Assembly: GCA_016839805.1 (NCBI GenBank)
Contig: JAEOTO010000031.1
Location: 64,001-128,000 of the forward strand
Length of the DNA stretch: 64,000 bases
Origin: Candidatus Hermodarchaeota archaeon
GTDB taxonomy: Archaea; Asgardarchaeota; Hermodarchaeia; Hermodarchaeales; Hermodarchaeaceae
Direction: 5' to 3'
Numbering within the stretch: the first letter of the stretch is position 1; each line of letters opens with the position of its first letter. Position numbers and translations under genes: made by a program. Of the stretch, positions 48,086 through 59,063 are shown one piece after another. The notes under the pieces were generated by a model. That model was given only the letters and a program-made list of their open reading frames with translations, searched no databases and was not told the DNA's origin.

Positions 48086-49045
48086 ATGGTGAGATATACG
48101 ATGGAACGAATTGTTGAATGTGTACCGAATTTCAGTATTGGTGATGATGCAAAAACCATTGAGATGATTGTGAATGTTATTCGTCAAACTGAAGGCGTCT
48201 ATTTGCTTGATTATGAACACGATACTGCCTATAACCGATTAGTGGTAACTTATTTCGGTGAACCGGAAGCCACCAAAAAGGCTATGCTTAATGCAGGACG
48301 AGTCGCCGTCGAACGCATTGATATGCGGAAACACCAGGGTCAACACCCTCGTATCGGAGCTTTGGATGTTGCTCCATTTGTGCCTATTAAAAACATCACT
48401 GTCGAAGAATGTATCAACCTGTCCAAGGAATTTGCTAAGGCTTTTGCAGAAGAGCACAAAGTTCCCGTGTATTTGTATGGTGAAGCAGCTGAAACTCCGG
48501 AGAAAGGGGATGTGGATTGGATTCGTAAGGGTGAATGGGAAGCTCTTGCGGAGAATATGAAAGACCCGGAGCGAAAACCAGCTTTTGGCCCAGTAAAACC
48601 ACATCCTACTGCTGGAGCTACGATGACTGGTGCCCGAGAAGTCATGGTCGGGTTAAATATCAACCTAGGGACTACGGATCTCCGTATCGCAAAAGCTGTG
48701 GCAAAAGCGATTCACCGGAAGAAGGGAGGATTAGTACGAATCAAGGCAATGGGCTGTCTATGGGAAGACCGAGGAATTACCCAAATAGGGATTACGAACA
48801 CCGATTTTCGTAAATCACCGTTATATCGACAGATGGAATTAGTTAAAATCGAAGCCGCCCGATATGGAGTTCAGGTTGTTGGTGCTGAGTTTTGTGGACT
48901 CGTACCAATTGACGCACTAGTTGATGTAACCAATTACTATCTTCGACTTGAAGGATTCTCAAAATCGGATTTGCTAGAAGTCGCCATTGACCGAAAACTT
49001 GCAGAACTCAACCCAAAACACGCTAGCACCATCTCATGTAAATAA
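48086..49045 (+). CDS. ftcd: Glutamate formimidoyltransferase (FT domain only)
   Basis: VECVPNFS, NRLV.T, IDM..H.G.HPRIGA.DV.PF, PHPTAGA. Confidence 0.92.
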   Translation: MVRYTMERIVECVPNFSIGDDAKTIEMIVNVIRQTEGVYLLDYEHDTAYNRLVVTYFGEPEATKKAMLNAGRVAVERIDMRKHQGQHPRIGALDVAPFVPIKNITVEECINLSKEFAKAFAEEHKVPVYLYGEAAETPEKGDVDWIRKGEWEALAENMKDPERKPAFGPVKPHPTAGATMTGAREVMVGLNINLGTTDLRIAKAVAKAIHRKKGGLVRIKAMGCLWEDRGITQIGITNTDFRKSPLYRQMELVKIEAARYGVQVVGAEFCGLVPIDALVDVTNYYLRLEGFSKSDLLEVAIDRKLAELNPKHASTISCK

Positions 49046-49076
49046 AGTGGCTATTTAATAGGCTCAAATACCTTGT

Positions 49077-50354
49077 TTGGTAACAATGACACGTTTACAA
49101 TTAGACATGGTCATTTTAAACGCTGCAGAACTTCTCACGCTTGCAGGAGCAAGCCATACTCCTAAACTAGGCAAGGAAATGAATGAGTTGGGGATTATCG
49201 AAGATGGTGGTGTAGCGATCCGTGGGAACCAGATCGTAGCCGTGGATACCACGAAGAACATCAAACGTCTCGTCAAACCAGGAAGTCATCCACAGATTAT
49301 TGATGCGACAAATAAAACCGTTTTACCTGGCTTAATTGACCCTCACGCTCATCTAGCCTTCGCTGGGAGCCGAGAACGGGAATTTGTACAAAGACTTCAA
49401 GGCGCAACGTATATGGAAATCCTCGAAGCGGGTGGAGGAATCAACGTCACGGTCAAAGCTACCCATAAAGCTAGACGAAGCACCTTGGTTCGACTAAGTC
49501 AACAAATTTTGAATCGAATGCTCGAATATGGCACAACTACAGTTGAAGGAAAATCAGGTTATGGCTTAGATCCAAAACACGAATACAAACAATTGCTAGC
49601 TATCCGTGATTTGAACCTAATTCACCCTATTGATGTGGTACCCACGTTTATGGGAGCTCATGTCGTCCCACCGAAGTACAAGTATTGCTCCGAGGAGTAT
49701 GTCAAACTTGTTATGGAAAAGATGATTCCTACCGTGGCAAAAAAAGGGCTTGCGGAATTTTGTGATGTTTTTGCTGAACAAGACGTTTTCACAATCGATC
49801 AAGCACGGCGCATCCTCAATCAGGGTAAAAAATATGGGCTCATTCCAAAAGTGCATGCCGACGAGATGACTACACTTGGAGGAGCGGAATTAGCCGCAGA
49901 AGTCGGTGCAATATCCGCGGATCATCTCTTAAAAGTCTCGAATAAAGGGATCCAAGCCCTCGCAAAGGCACAAATTGTCGCGGTATTATTGCCCGCAACG
50001 GCGTTTGTACTCATGGAGAAGGAATATGCCCCCGCAAGGAAACTAATAGATGCAGGGGTTCCAATTGCTTTGGCCACCGATTTTAATCCTAATTGTATGA
50101 CAGAGTCAATGCAATTAGTAATGACCCTCGCTTGTTTGAATATGCGTATGACCCCGGCTGAAGCCATCTCAGCTGCAACGATTAATGCAGCCCATGCGAT
50201 AAATCGAACACATATTGTAGGAAGTTTGGAACCCAATAAACAAGCAGATATCCTAGTGGTGGATGCACCGAATCACGCTTATATTCCATACCATTTTGGT
50301 GTTAATCTGGTCAATACGGTCATTAAAAGTGGAAAAATCGCTTTTTCTTGTTAA
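49077..50354 (+). CDS. hutI: Imidazolonepropionase
   Basis: PGLIDPH.H..F.G.R..E, GTTT.E.KSGYG, MGAH, KVHADE, SADHL, ATDFNP. Confidence 0.96.
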   Translation: MVTMTRLQLDMVILNAAELLTLAGASHTPKLGKEMNELGIIEDGGVAIRGNQIVAVDTTKNIKRLVKPGSHPQIIDATNKTVLPGLIDPHAHLAFAGSREREFVQRLQGATYMEILEAGGGINVTVKATHKARRSTLVRLSQQILNRMLEYGTTTVEGKSGYGLDPKHEYKQLLAIRDLNLIHPIDVVPTFMGAHVVPPKYKYCSEEYVKLVMEKMIPTVAKKGLAEFCDVFAEQDVFTIDQARRILNQGKKYGLIPKVHADEMTTLGGAELAAEVGAISADHLLKVSNKGIQALAKAQIVAVLLPATAFVLMEKEYAPARKLIDAGVPIALATDFNPNCMTESMQLVMTLACLNMRMTPAEAISAATINAAHAINRTHIVGSLEPNKQADILVVDAPNHAYIPYHFGVNLVNTVIKSGKIAFSC

Positions 50355-50635
50355 TTAGCTGTTTTATGGTTTTTGTCGGTTTTTTCTTAACTATTTAGAA
50401 GAAACGAAGTATGATAATACAAAAACCTACGTTTTTCTATGCCAAGAACAATCCATTACACTTTATATCAAGTACTAGCCTATACACCCGCGAGGTACCT
50501 GGTTTCCAACGGATTCTAGGATTGAACAGAACTAGCGGGATATTACGAGATACCTACCTCCATAAGGAGTAGGGAGCAGGCTTAATACCATGCATAATCT
50601 CCACAAAAAACCAAACCTCAAAACGAGGAAAAGAA

Positions 50636-51118
50636 ATGGATAAATCAAAGGCAACAAGAGTACTAATGATTACAGCGATCACCGTCGCGTTCATAGCAAT
50701 CGCACTTGCCCTCACCCCAAATACCACTTCAGTTAAAGGAACTGCCCCATCTTTATCCGGTATAGAACTTTGCAAGCACTTTGAATACACATACTTACTT
50801 GAAAGTGAAGGCTGGAAGGAAACCGATATTTACATTGAAGGTCTTGAAGTCTGGCTGTATAAGGCAGATTGCGGAAACCTAATTTGGGTTGGTACTACCG
50901 ATGAGATGGGTAACATCTGCTGGGATGGTTTAACTGAGGGCGGATATTACATCGAATATTGGTGGAATGGCGATTATTACAAGGAAAGCATTTACTTGTG
51001 CTGCAATGCAAGATATTGGGAGTTTGAAGACAACTATCTCCCGCCGAAAGGTAAAGACGGGGCCTTTTCTTCCTTTTCCTCTGAAGTGGCATCTCCAACT
51101 CGATTTTTACTGAGTTGA
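50636..51118 (+). CDS. Small secreted beta-rich protein (prealbumin/carboxypeptidase-regulatory-like)
   Basis: Signal peptide; GLEV.L....GTTDE.G...W.GL..G.Y pattern. Confidence 0.55.
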   Translation: MDKSKATRVLMITAITVAFIAIALALTPNTTSVKGTAPSLSGIELCKHFEYTYLLESEGWKETDIYIEGLEVWLYKADCGNLIWVGTTDEMGNICWDGLTEGGYYIEYWWNGDYYKESIYLCCNARYWEFEDNYLPPKGKDGAFSSFSSEVASPTRFLLS

Positions 51119-51186
51119 GAGATGCTTTATTCTTTTTTTAAAAAAAATTCATCTTGAGATAATTTTTCAGGAGTATTTTTTGATTA

Positions 51187-51636
51187 TCATTTCGTTTCAA
51201 CTGGAATAGTCAAATGATGTGGACCTGAACGCAGTATCTCCTGACCCTTCTTATTGGACCCGATAATTAAAAATTCGATTTGCAGGTGGGGTGTTCTCGA
51301 TAGAGCGAGGTGTGGGCGATAGTGGAATGGGAAAGTTAGCTTCGTTGTAACATGGCTGCCGATTCCCTTTCCGACCGCCTTCTGAAGAGTTTCTTTTGTG
51401 TGTTTTATTCGGCTCTTCCCAATCATTTGCGAGCTTATTGATTTGAATTGGAGCAACTTTGATGATGATCTAACCTTAACTTGAATATGAAGAAAGGATT
51501 CAGAAATATTTTTTATCGTAAATTGAATTTGGGAACGGATAATTCGTCGTCTGGGCCATTTTTTTAGCCTTGGCATTGAAATTGCCCAACTAATCATACC
51601 TTCACATGTACCTTGTTTGTAGAAGATAGGGTTCAC
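51187..51636 (-). CDS. Hypothetical basic protein
   Basis: 149-aa ORF; start uncertain. Confidence 0.4.
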   Translation of the reverse strand: MNPIFYKQGTCEGMISWAISMPRLKKWPRRRIIRSQIQFTIKNISESFLHIQVKVRSSSKLLQFKSISSQMIGKSRIKHTKETLQKAVGKGIGSHVTTKLTFPFHYRPHLALSRTPHLQIEFLIIGSNKKGQEILRSGPHHLTIPVETK

Positions 51637-51927
51637 CCCGATTTTCCCAAAGGTATATTCTGCCTAATTTAACTATAAATAGATTAATTTGTGTTAGCAA
51701 TGGGCGTTAGATGCGATTCTGGTATTATATGCCATCAAAGGGGGAAAGCTCTCTAAAAAATCCTGAAATATTATTGGTTTTAAAATATTTTATCGAATAA
51801 CCGCATTTATTTGGAAAATATTATCGTTTCACTTCAATACAGTGGAAAATAAGGTTAAAATCAAACGCAAAGCCTTTTACCCTGTAAGCGTGCATAATTC
51901 GGAACAAGGTTTCCGAGGGATTTCACG

Positions 51928-54900
51928 ATGCGGGTCTCTAACTCGTGCAAGTACGCGATAATATTAGCCATCATTATATTCCTTACAATTCCATTAACAT
52001 CGTTTAATGGCACCATGTTCTTAAACAACACTACTGATTTGGCTTCAACAAATTTAAACATGAGAAGAGCGCCGATTCTACCAGGACCCGATTTAGGCAT
52101 ATCCAATTGGACCTCCAATCGATTTCAGAACCCAGAGTTCGAAGATTGGACTACTCCAACTGAATGTGACGGATGGGATAAGGTTACTAGTCCGGATCGC
52201 TTCCACTGGGCGGCACAAACCCCATATCCGGTAAATGAAGGAACCTACTCAGGTGGAGTGCAGATCAGAGATACAACTGCCACAGCAGACCTAAAACTGA
52301 TGCAAAACTCCATTGGTGCAGATATGTCAAATCTTAGCCTCTCCTTTGATTGGTACTTAGATCAGGTTAGCGATCCCTCTGTGGATTTCCTAAGACTTGA
52401 AATTATAATCGTGGATACTGGACCAGGTCCTGATTACAATATCTATTATTACCTAAATGATACCGCCGTTGGATTTTTCAATCAGACCCTCGTCGCTCAT
52501 TATATCATTAATGATCCACCCCATCAATGGAACCTCTTCAGTCGTAATATTACAGACGATTTTGTACAGGTTCCATCATTTCCTGGGTCAGTTTGGTCAT
52601 CGCTTGAAGTGGATGAAGTTAATATCTGGATGAGGGCCGCAGACCAGTCCACACAGTATGTTCGTGTTTTTATTGACGATATGCGATTGATCAATGCGAC
52701 CAATAACCATGGATGGGTTAACCAGACAATACGCAACGGTAACTTTGAGACCGGCGATCTAACTGATTGGAGTTTTGAATCGCCTAATACGAATCAAGGG
52801 TTTATAGAAAGTAGCACAACTGCGATTTCAGGAACTTTAAGTGCTAACGTCACAGCGAACTCGTTAGGGAATGAGAGCTTCGTTTATTTCCTCGATGCTC
52901 CAGAAGCTCGATTAACTAGTTTGAACCCAGGCATTATAAAGTTTCAATGGCATCTTGAACTTCAAAATCCCAACGAAAACACTCTGGCTTTAATTCATTT
53001 AAGGTGTCATGACGGAATTAGCAGTGTTCACATATATTATCTTCTGACATATTATATGGAAGTTAGTCCCTACCAAAATACGACAAATCAACTTGCTATT
53101 CACGTCGATAATTTCAACACCACAGGTAGCTGGAACTCCTTTGCACGTAACATATGGAACGACGCTATAGGGTCCTTTTCCGGAAACGAAGTTCACGTCG
53201 ATTTCTTTGAAATAGAAGTTCATGCCGAAGGGTACAATTCACAAACAGAACTCTTAATTGACCAATCCTCTCTCCGAGCGGCAGCAATTAATGGAGCTGG
53301 TTTCGAAGACCAACCCGCTGTAGGTTCACGCGTTCGGGGCTGGTATCGAACGTATTCAACTTTTCTTGTTACTGATGAAACACAAGCTGATGGTGGGCTT
53401 AAAGCAGCCAACTTGACGTTAGAAAGCGGATCCTTTAATCTCTATCAGACCATGCAATGGAGACCATTGAATGCTACACGGGAAACCTACTTAGATGTAA
53501 TGTGGAACATCAACGATACTGTAGCAGCGAATCAAGTTTGGTTCCGCCTTTCATTAAATGATGGAACCGAACTTAATTACTACATGAATGGACCAGCAGA
53601 GGGCTCCAACTCAAGTACGGAAGCCCACTTCAATGTCACCAGTTTTGGCACCACTGGTTCGTGGATTCAAATGCACCGTGATCTCAATCACGATTATGAA
53701 TCCGTTTTCGGTTCATTGCCCAATACCAGGATGGAAAGACTTTCCCTTCGAGCCGATACTGCAGGAGGTGGTCGACTAGAAATCCTTTTCGATGACTTAT
53801 ACATGTATGATGATCCTGCACCACGCATTACCAATGTTGCCCATGATCCTGTTAACCCTGGTATACTTCAAGATGTGAACGTGACCGCCGAAGTTGTGGA
53901 TCAAGACCTTACTCTTGTCGAACTGGATTATCGCGTCTATATTGGCAGTTGGAGTGGTTGGACGAATATCGAGATGGACTACTTAGCTGGTGATACATAT
54001 AATGCCACCATTCCGGGACAAGTATCAGGTGCAGTTGTCCAATATAATATCTCAGCGACGGATGCATGGGGATTGACAATTGTCTCCTTGGATAATGGCA
54101 ACCCGTGGAGTTATACAGTTGAAGATGTAGACCCACCAAGTATCAATAGTGTTGAGCAAGATCCTACAACAGTAAGGTACACCAATACAGTTGATGTCAC
54201 GGCAAATGTGACGGATGGGGGACTTGTTTCTAGTGTCAAGTTATTCTATACCACAAATGGATGGACAACCTCCGATAATTTCACAATGACTCATACTACC
54301 GGAGACCTTTTTGAAGCTACGATACCAATGCAGAGCTATGGGACCACAGTCCAATATTATATCAATGCCACTGATTCAGCAGATAATTGGACTGTTGATG
54401 ATAATGGGGGCAGTTATTACAGCTATACCGTCATTGATGACATAGATCCGGTTATAAGCGATGTAAGTCATTCTCCGGACCCTGTGGAATATGATGATTC
54501 ACCAATTACCATTACCTGCACTGTTTCCGATCCAGGAAGTGGAGTTGTCACAGTTACATTATATTACAGCACCGATGGATGGGCTTCCTCGAATCCCGTT
54601 ATCATGACAGGTACAGACACCTATACTGGAAATATTCCGGGTCCATATGCCACGGGAACAACTGTCTTGTATAACATCTCAGCCACTGATGGAGCAGGTA
54701 ATTCATTTCTCGATGACAATGGCGGGATTTCATACAGCTTCGCTGTTGAAGATAATACAGACCCACAAATTACTAATGTGGGTCATTCTCCAGATCCTGT
54801 GGAAGCTGATGATGTAGACGTGACCGTGAGTTGTGATGTTATAGACCCAGGTAGCGGAGTCAACACTGTCACTCTGTGGTACCGACTTGATGGGGGTACT

Positions 54901-57021
54901 TGGACCTTATTAGTAATGACACACACCACTGGTGACCAATATCAGGTTGATATTCCTGCCCAATCATTTGGAACTTTTGTCGAATATTATATTGTGGCAA
55001 CAGATAATGCAGCCAATAGTGCAACAGAGGACAATGGCGGCAGCTATTACAGTTATACTGTTACAGATGCGACACCACCATTGATTTCTAGTGTCAGTCA
55101 TACACCGACACCTGTTGAATACTCTGACAGCCCAGTAGTCGGGTGTGATGTCACGGACACTGGTAGTGGTGTCAACACAGTTATCCTCTACTACCGGGTG
55201 AACGGCGGTAGTTGGTTTCAAGTGATAATGGGCTACACCACAGGCGACCGCTATGAGGGGACTATCCCCATGCAGTCTTGGAATGACATCGTGCAGTTTT
55301 ATATCAATGCCACCGATAACATGGACAACTGGACTGTGGATGACGATGGCGGCAGCTATTATAGTTATACGGTTCAGGACAATACCGAACCCATTATCAA
55401 TAATATAGACCGAACTCCTAACAATGTTGAATACACCGATACTCCAGTAGTGAGTTGTGATGCTTCCGATGTGGGAAGTGACATCAATCAAGTCCGATTA
55501 CGATATCGAATCAATGGTGGTGCGTGGACATGGGTAACCATGACTCACACAACAGGTGACACCTATGAATACACGCTTTCCCTCTATGGCTATGACACGC
55601 TGGTTGAGTACTATTTTGAAGCCCGGGATAATGCCTTGAATGTCGCAATCGATGACAACGGTGGAAGTTACTACAGCTATCGTGTTGGTGACTACACCGA
55701 TCCAGGTATTAGCAATGTTGATCAGACACCCACCATTGTCGAGTACGATGATAGCCCTGTAGCAGGTTGTGATGTCACCGATGCAGGAAGCGGTATTAGC
55801 ACCGTCGTCTTATACTACCGCGTTGATGGCGCTGGATGGCTCCAAGTAGTGATGAGTCACACTGGAGGTGATCACTATGAAGCCTCGATACCCATCCAGA
55901 GTTGGAACAGCGATGTCGATTATTACGTGAACGCAACCGATGTCGCAGGGAACTGGGTAGTCGATGATGACGGGGGAGCTTACTACAGCTACACTGTCGT
56001 GGACAACACCGACCCCATAATCAGTGGCGTAAGTCACACTCCACTGGTCGTCACTCCCTTTGATCCTGCAGTGGTTGGGTGTGATGTATCCGAACTAGGT
56101 AGCGGAGTTAGTTCAGTCCAATTACATTATCGTGTCGACGGAGGCACTTGGATTATTGTTGTTATGAGTCATACCACTGGCGACCACTATGAAGGTACTA
56201 TTCCGGCGCAGGTATTGGACAGTTTCGTTGAATATTATGTCAATGCAACGGACAATGCTGCAAATAACGCTGTTGACGATAATGGTGGTACCTACTATAC
56301 CTATACGGTGGGTGATACAGTCTCGCCTGAAATTTCCAATGTAGGTCATTCTCCTTCACCTGTTGAGTATGATGATAGTCCAGTTGTAAGCTGTGATGTC
56401 GTTGATATCGGGAGTTCCATTGCAAGTGTAGTGTTAGCCTACAGGCTAGATGGAGGAGCATGGGCTTATGTCTCGATGACACACACCACTGGTGACCGCT
56501 ACGAATACACGCTTCCAATACTATCCCTGGGAACTTTGGTTGAGTATTTCATTAACGCGACCGACATCATGGATAATTGGATTGTGGATGACAATGGCGG
56601 CAGCTATTACAGTTATAGTGTGATTGATACCACGGACCCATCAGTGAGCATTACTTCACCTGATGCGGATGCCATTGTAGCTGGGTTAATCACTATTGCA
56701 ATGAGTGCCACGGATCCTGGTAGTGGAATCGCTCGAATCGAAATATTCGTAGATGGCACCGAAGTTGCTGAGCTCACAAGTCAACCGTTTAATTATTCGT
56801 GGAATACAATGCTGGTGCTGGATGGGGAGCATACTATTACAGTGACTGCGTATGACTATGCGGATAATCAAGCCACAGATTCGATTGATATTGTCGTTCT
56901 TAATTTCCCAACTTTTCCGTCACCCGTCCTAGTTTTTGCCTTCGTGGCAATAGTTCTCACTCTTGTGATTGCCCTCGTTGGTGTTCTCGTGTACAGGCGT
57001 CGAAGAAAAAAAACTAGCTGA
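51928..57021 (+). CDS. Large cell-surface glycoprotein: jelly-roll/CBM-like N-terminal domains, 9 Ig-like repeats, Big domain, C-terminal TM anchor
   Basis: Signal peptide; NPEFE/NGNFE/GAGFE domain starts; 9 repeats of ~104 aa ending DD.GG.YYSY.V; TM followed by RRRRKK. Confidence 0.85.
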   Translation: MRVSNSCKYAIILAIIIFLTIPLTSFNGTMFLNNTTDLASTNLNMRRAPILPGPDLGISNWTSNRFQNPEFEDWTTPTECDGWDKVTSPDRFHWAAQTPYPVNEGTYSGGVQIRDTTATADLKLMQNSIGADMSNLSLSFDWYLDQVSDPSVDFLRLEIIIVDTGPGPDYNIYYYLNDTAVGFFNQTLVAHYIINDPPHQWNLFSRNITDDFVQVPSFPGSVWSSLEVDEVNIWMRAADQSTQYVRVFIDDMRLINATNNHGWVNQTIRNGNFETGDLTDWSFESPNTNQGFIESSTTAISGTLSANVTANSLGNESFVYFLDAPEARLTSLNPGIIKFQWHLELQNPNENTLALIHLRCHDGISSVHIYYLLTYYMEVSPYQNTTNQLAIHVDNFNTTGSWNSFARNIWNDAIGSFSGNEVHVDFFEIEVHAEGYNSQTELLIDQSSLRAAAINGAGFEDQPAVGSRVRGWYRTYSTFLVTDETQADGGLKAANLTLESGSFNLYQTMQWRPLNATRETYLDVMWNINDTVAANQVWFRLSLNDGTELNYYMNGPAEGSNSSTEAHFNVTSFGTTGSWIQMHRDLNHDYESVFGSLPNTRMERLSLRADTAGGGRLEILFDDLYMYDDPAPRITNVAHDPVNPGILQDVNVTAEVVDQDLTLVELDYRVYIGSWSGWTNIEMDYLAGDTYNATIPGQVSGAVVQYNISATDAWGLTIVSLDNGNPWSYTVEDVDPPSINSVEQDPTTVRYTNTVDVTANVTDGGLVSSVKLFYTTNGWTTSDNFTMTHTTGDLFEATIPMQSYGTTVQYYINATDSADNWTVDDNGGSYYSYTVIDDIDPVISDVSHSPDPVEYDDSPITITCTVSDPGSGVVTVTLYYSTDGWASSNPVIMTGTDTYTGNIPGPYATGTTVLYNISATDGAGNSFLDDNGGISYSFAVEDNTDPQITNVGHSPDPVEADDVDVTVSCDVIDPGSGVNTVTLWYRLDGGTWTLLVMTHTTGDQYQVDIPAQSFGTFVEYYIVATDNAANSATEDNGGSYYSYTVTDATPPLISSVSHTPTPVEYSDSPVVGCDVTDTGSGVNTVILYYRVNGGSWFQVIMGYTTGDRYEGTIPMQSWNDIVQFYINATDNMDNWTVDDDGGSYYSYTVQDNTEPIINNIDRTPNNVEYTDTPVVSCDASDVGSDINQVRLRYRINGGAWTWVTMTHTTGDTYEYTLSLYGYDTLVEYYFEARDNALNVAIDDNGGSYYSYRVGDYTDPGISNVDQTPTIVEYDDSPVAGCDVTDAGSGISTVVLYYRVDGAGWLQVVMSHTGGDHYEASIPIQSWNSDVDYYVNATDVAGNWVVDDDGGAYYSYTVVDNTDPIISGVSHTPLVVTPFDPAVVGCDVSELGSGVSSVQLHYRVDGGTWIIVVMSHTTGDHYEGTIPAQVLDSFVEYYVNATDNAANNAVDDNGGTYYTYTVGDTVSPEISNVGHSPSPVEYDDSPVVSCDVVDIGSSIASVVLAYRLDGGAWAYVSMTHTTGDRYEYTLPILSLGTLVEYFINATDIMDNWIVDDNGGSYYSYSVIDTTDPSVSITSPDADAIVAGLITIAMSATDPGSGIARIEIFVDGTEVAELTSQPFNYSWNTMLVLDGEHTITVTAYDYADNQATDSIDIVVLNFPTFPSPVLVFAFVAIVLTLVIALVGVLVYRRRRKKTS

Positions 57022-57024
57022 AAA

Positions 57025-57056
57025 GCCTAGCTCACGCTGGGCGCCTATTCCTTTTT
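57025..57056 (+). terminator. Hairpin plus T tract
   Basis: GCCTAGC-TCAC-GCTGGGC followed by CTTTTT between convergent genes. Confidence 0.5.
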
Positions 57057-57079
57057 AATGGCTACGGGTAGGTCATCTG

Positions 57080-58945
57080 CTAAAACTTGAAGCCTTTCAC
57101 TTGTGTACGAGTCGATTCAATTATTTGACGTGTGTGTACAAGCTGCCAAATCCGGTTGATATCTTGATGCACTAAGAAGTCGTGGGATAACCGATCCTTG
57201 CTTGTTTTATTCCGTTCGGTGTATCGGGGAACGACTTTTCTAATAACGTCATATGTAATTTGTGAACCAAGCCCGAGGGTTATGGGTTTTCCTAATCTGC
57301 GGATATCGATTCCTTGGATGGCACAGAGCAATTCGATGGCAATGATATGTTCCACATTGGATACGATTTCACGTGCTTGTCTGGCGGAGATTGTGCCCAT
57401 GCTGACATGATCTTCCTGGTTGGCTGCCGTGGGAATAGAGGTAATACTTGCCGGTGTGCAGAGGGTCTGACATTCAGCCAAGAGAGCCGCCGCAGTGATG
57501 TGAGCAAGACCTAGACCAAAATAGACTCCTTGATCTGCAAGTGTTGGATGCACTAGAAGAAGGGGAAGCCCATTACTCAGTTTATTATCGATTAATCTTG
57601 CGATGCGGCGTTCAGCAATGCTTGCAATACTAGTTATGGCGATACCAAGAAAGTCCATAGCCAAGGCAATTGGTTGACCGTGAAAGTTTCCTCCAGAAAG
57701 AAATGTCTTTGAGGTAGGAAAAATCAGTGGATTATCAGTTGCTGAATTCATCTCAATAGTAATGGTTTGTTCGGCAAATAAGATAGCATCTCGGACTGCA
57801 CCTAACACCTGGGGTGTACATCGGATTGAGTAGGCATCCTGTACACGCCGAGTTTTTTGAGCCATCTCGATAGCCGCATCAATCGCTTGAGGAGAAACAC
57901 CCAGTGTCTTAAGGTGTTTTATGACGCGATTTCGTTTTGCCTTCAAGAGATTTGCCGACTTTGGTGGTTCAACTGGTATTTGTTGATCGATTGCGAGAAT
58001 TGTGTGGATGGTTTCGCTCAGGATTGATTCTAAAGCTTCATGTTCTTCTTGGGAGTCCTGGGGAAGTGTGTCATGAAAGTGACTTGTTGCTTTTTCTGCT
58101 TCATCTGCACGTTGTTGAGAGGTTAGCACTTGTGTGCTTCCCGTGAGGAGCGAGGTGAGGTTTTGTGCTGTTTGTAGTTGTCCAGAATGTGGTCGTAATT
58201 GATTTATGCGCGGATCAAAGGCATCAAGAACTCCTTCGAGAGCTTCAATTGATAGGGCCGCAGCGATTTCCGCCGTTCCGAGAAGAGCTTTGGCATCGGA
58301 TATAGCTAGCGCGGCAAGTGCAGTCATAATTTGGGTGCCATTGATGAGTGCAATTCCCTCTTTGGCTTCTAATTGAATTGGTTTAAGACCCGCTCGTTTC
58401 AAAGCCTCTGCTCCAGGGAGGATTTCCCCATTATATTCGGCTTCTCCTTCACCAAGAAGAACTAGAACCATATGAGAGAGCGGGGCCAAGTCACCACTTG
58501 CACCCACAGAGCCCTTTTCGGGTATTATGGGGTGCACTCCGTTGTTAAGAAGGTCAACGAGGAGCTGTAATGTTGAGAGTTGAATTCCCGAATGTCCTTT
58601 TACCAGCGTATTAGCTCGAAGTAGCATGGCAGCGCGAACCACTTCTATGGGAAGTGGTGCCCCAACTCCAGCTGAGTGACTGATGATGAGGTTGTGTTGC
58701 AATTTTCGGGCTTTATCACTAGAGACAATAACTTCACTGAAGGGTCCAAAACCGGTTGTTACACCGTAAATAACCTCTCCAGATTCCATCCATTGTTGAA
58801 CTAGTTTTGCTGCTCTTTCAACTTTAACCTTAGCTTTGGGCGATATAGACACATTTCCTCCATTACGTGCTATGGTAACTAATTGCTCAATCGTAAGAGT
58901 TTCACCATCAAGTTCGATTTTTTTTCTGCTCATCTTCTTCACCAT
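57080..58945 (-). CDS. hutH: Histidine ammonia-lyase with an internal insertion
   Basis: YGVTTGFG, SH specificity pair, GSVGASGDLAPL (MIO), QDAYS.RC, GGNFHG, NQEDHVSMG. Confidence 0.95.
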   Translation of the reverse strand: MVKKMSRKKIELDGETLTIEQLVTIARNGGNVSISPKAKVKVERAAKLVQQWMESGEVIYGVTTGFGPFSEVIVSSDKARKLQHNLIISHSAGVGAPLPIEVVRAAMLLRANTLVKGHSGIQLSTLQLLVDLLNNGVHPIIPEKGSVGASGDLAPLSHMVLVLLGEGEAEYNGEILPGAEALKRAGLKPIQLEAKEGIALINGTQIMTALAALAISDAKALLGTAEIAAALSIEALEGVLDAFDPRINQLRPHSGQLQTAQNLTSLLTGSTQVLTSQQRADEAEKATSHFHDTLPQDSQEEHEALESILSETIHTILAIDQQIPVEPPKSANLLKAKRNRVIKHLKTLGVSPQAIDAAIEMAQKTRRVQDAYSIRCTPQVLGAVRDAILFAEQTITIEMNSATDNPLIFPTSKTFLSGGNFHGQPIALAMDFLGIAITSIASIAERRIARLIDNKLSNGLPLLLVHPTLADQGVYFGLGLAHITAAALLAECQTLCTPASITSIPTAANQEDHVSMGTISARQAREIVSNVEHIIAIELLCAIQGIDIRRLGKPITLGLGSQITYDVIRKVVPRYTERNKTSKDRLSHDFLVHQDINRIWQLVHTRQIIESTRTQVKGFKF

Positions 58946-59063
58946 TTTGATACTGCTTGCCTTACATCACTAGGTAAAAAGGTTTCATCCTACAAGATTA
59001 TGGTCTTTTTAGTGATTAATTCTTCTTGAAGTAAAAAATAAGCGTTCCCTAGAAATAGGAGTA

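Noticed and set aside
57850-58110. Intein in HutH
   Set aside because: No N-terminal Cys/Ser block A and no His-Asn C-terminal motif
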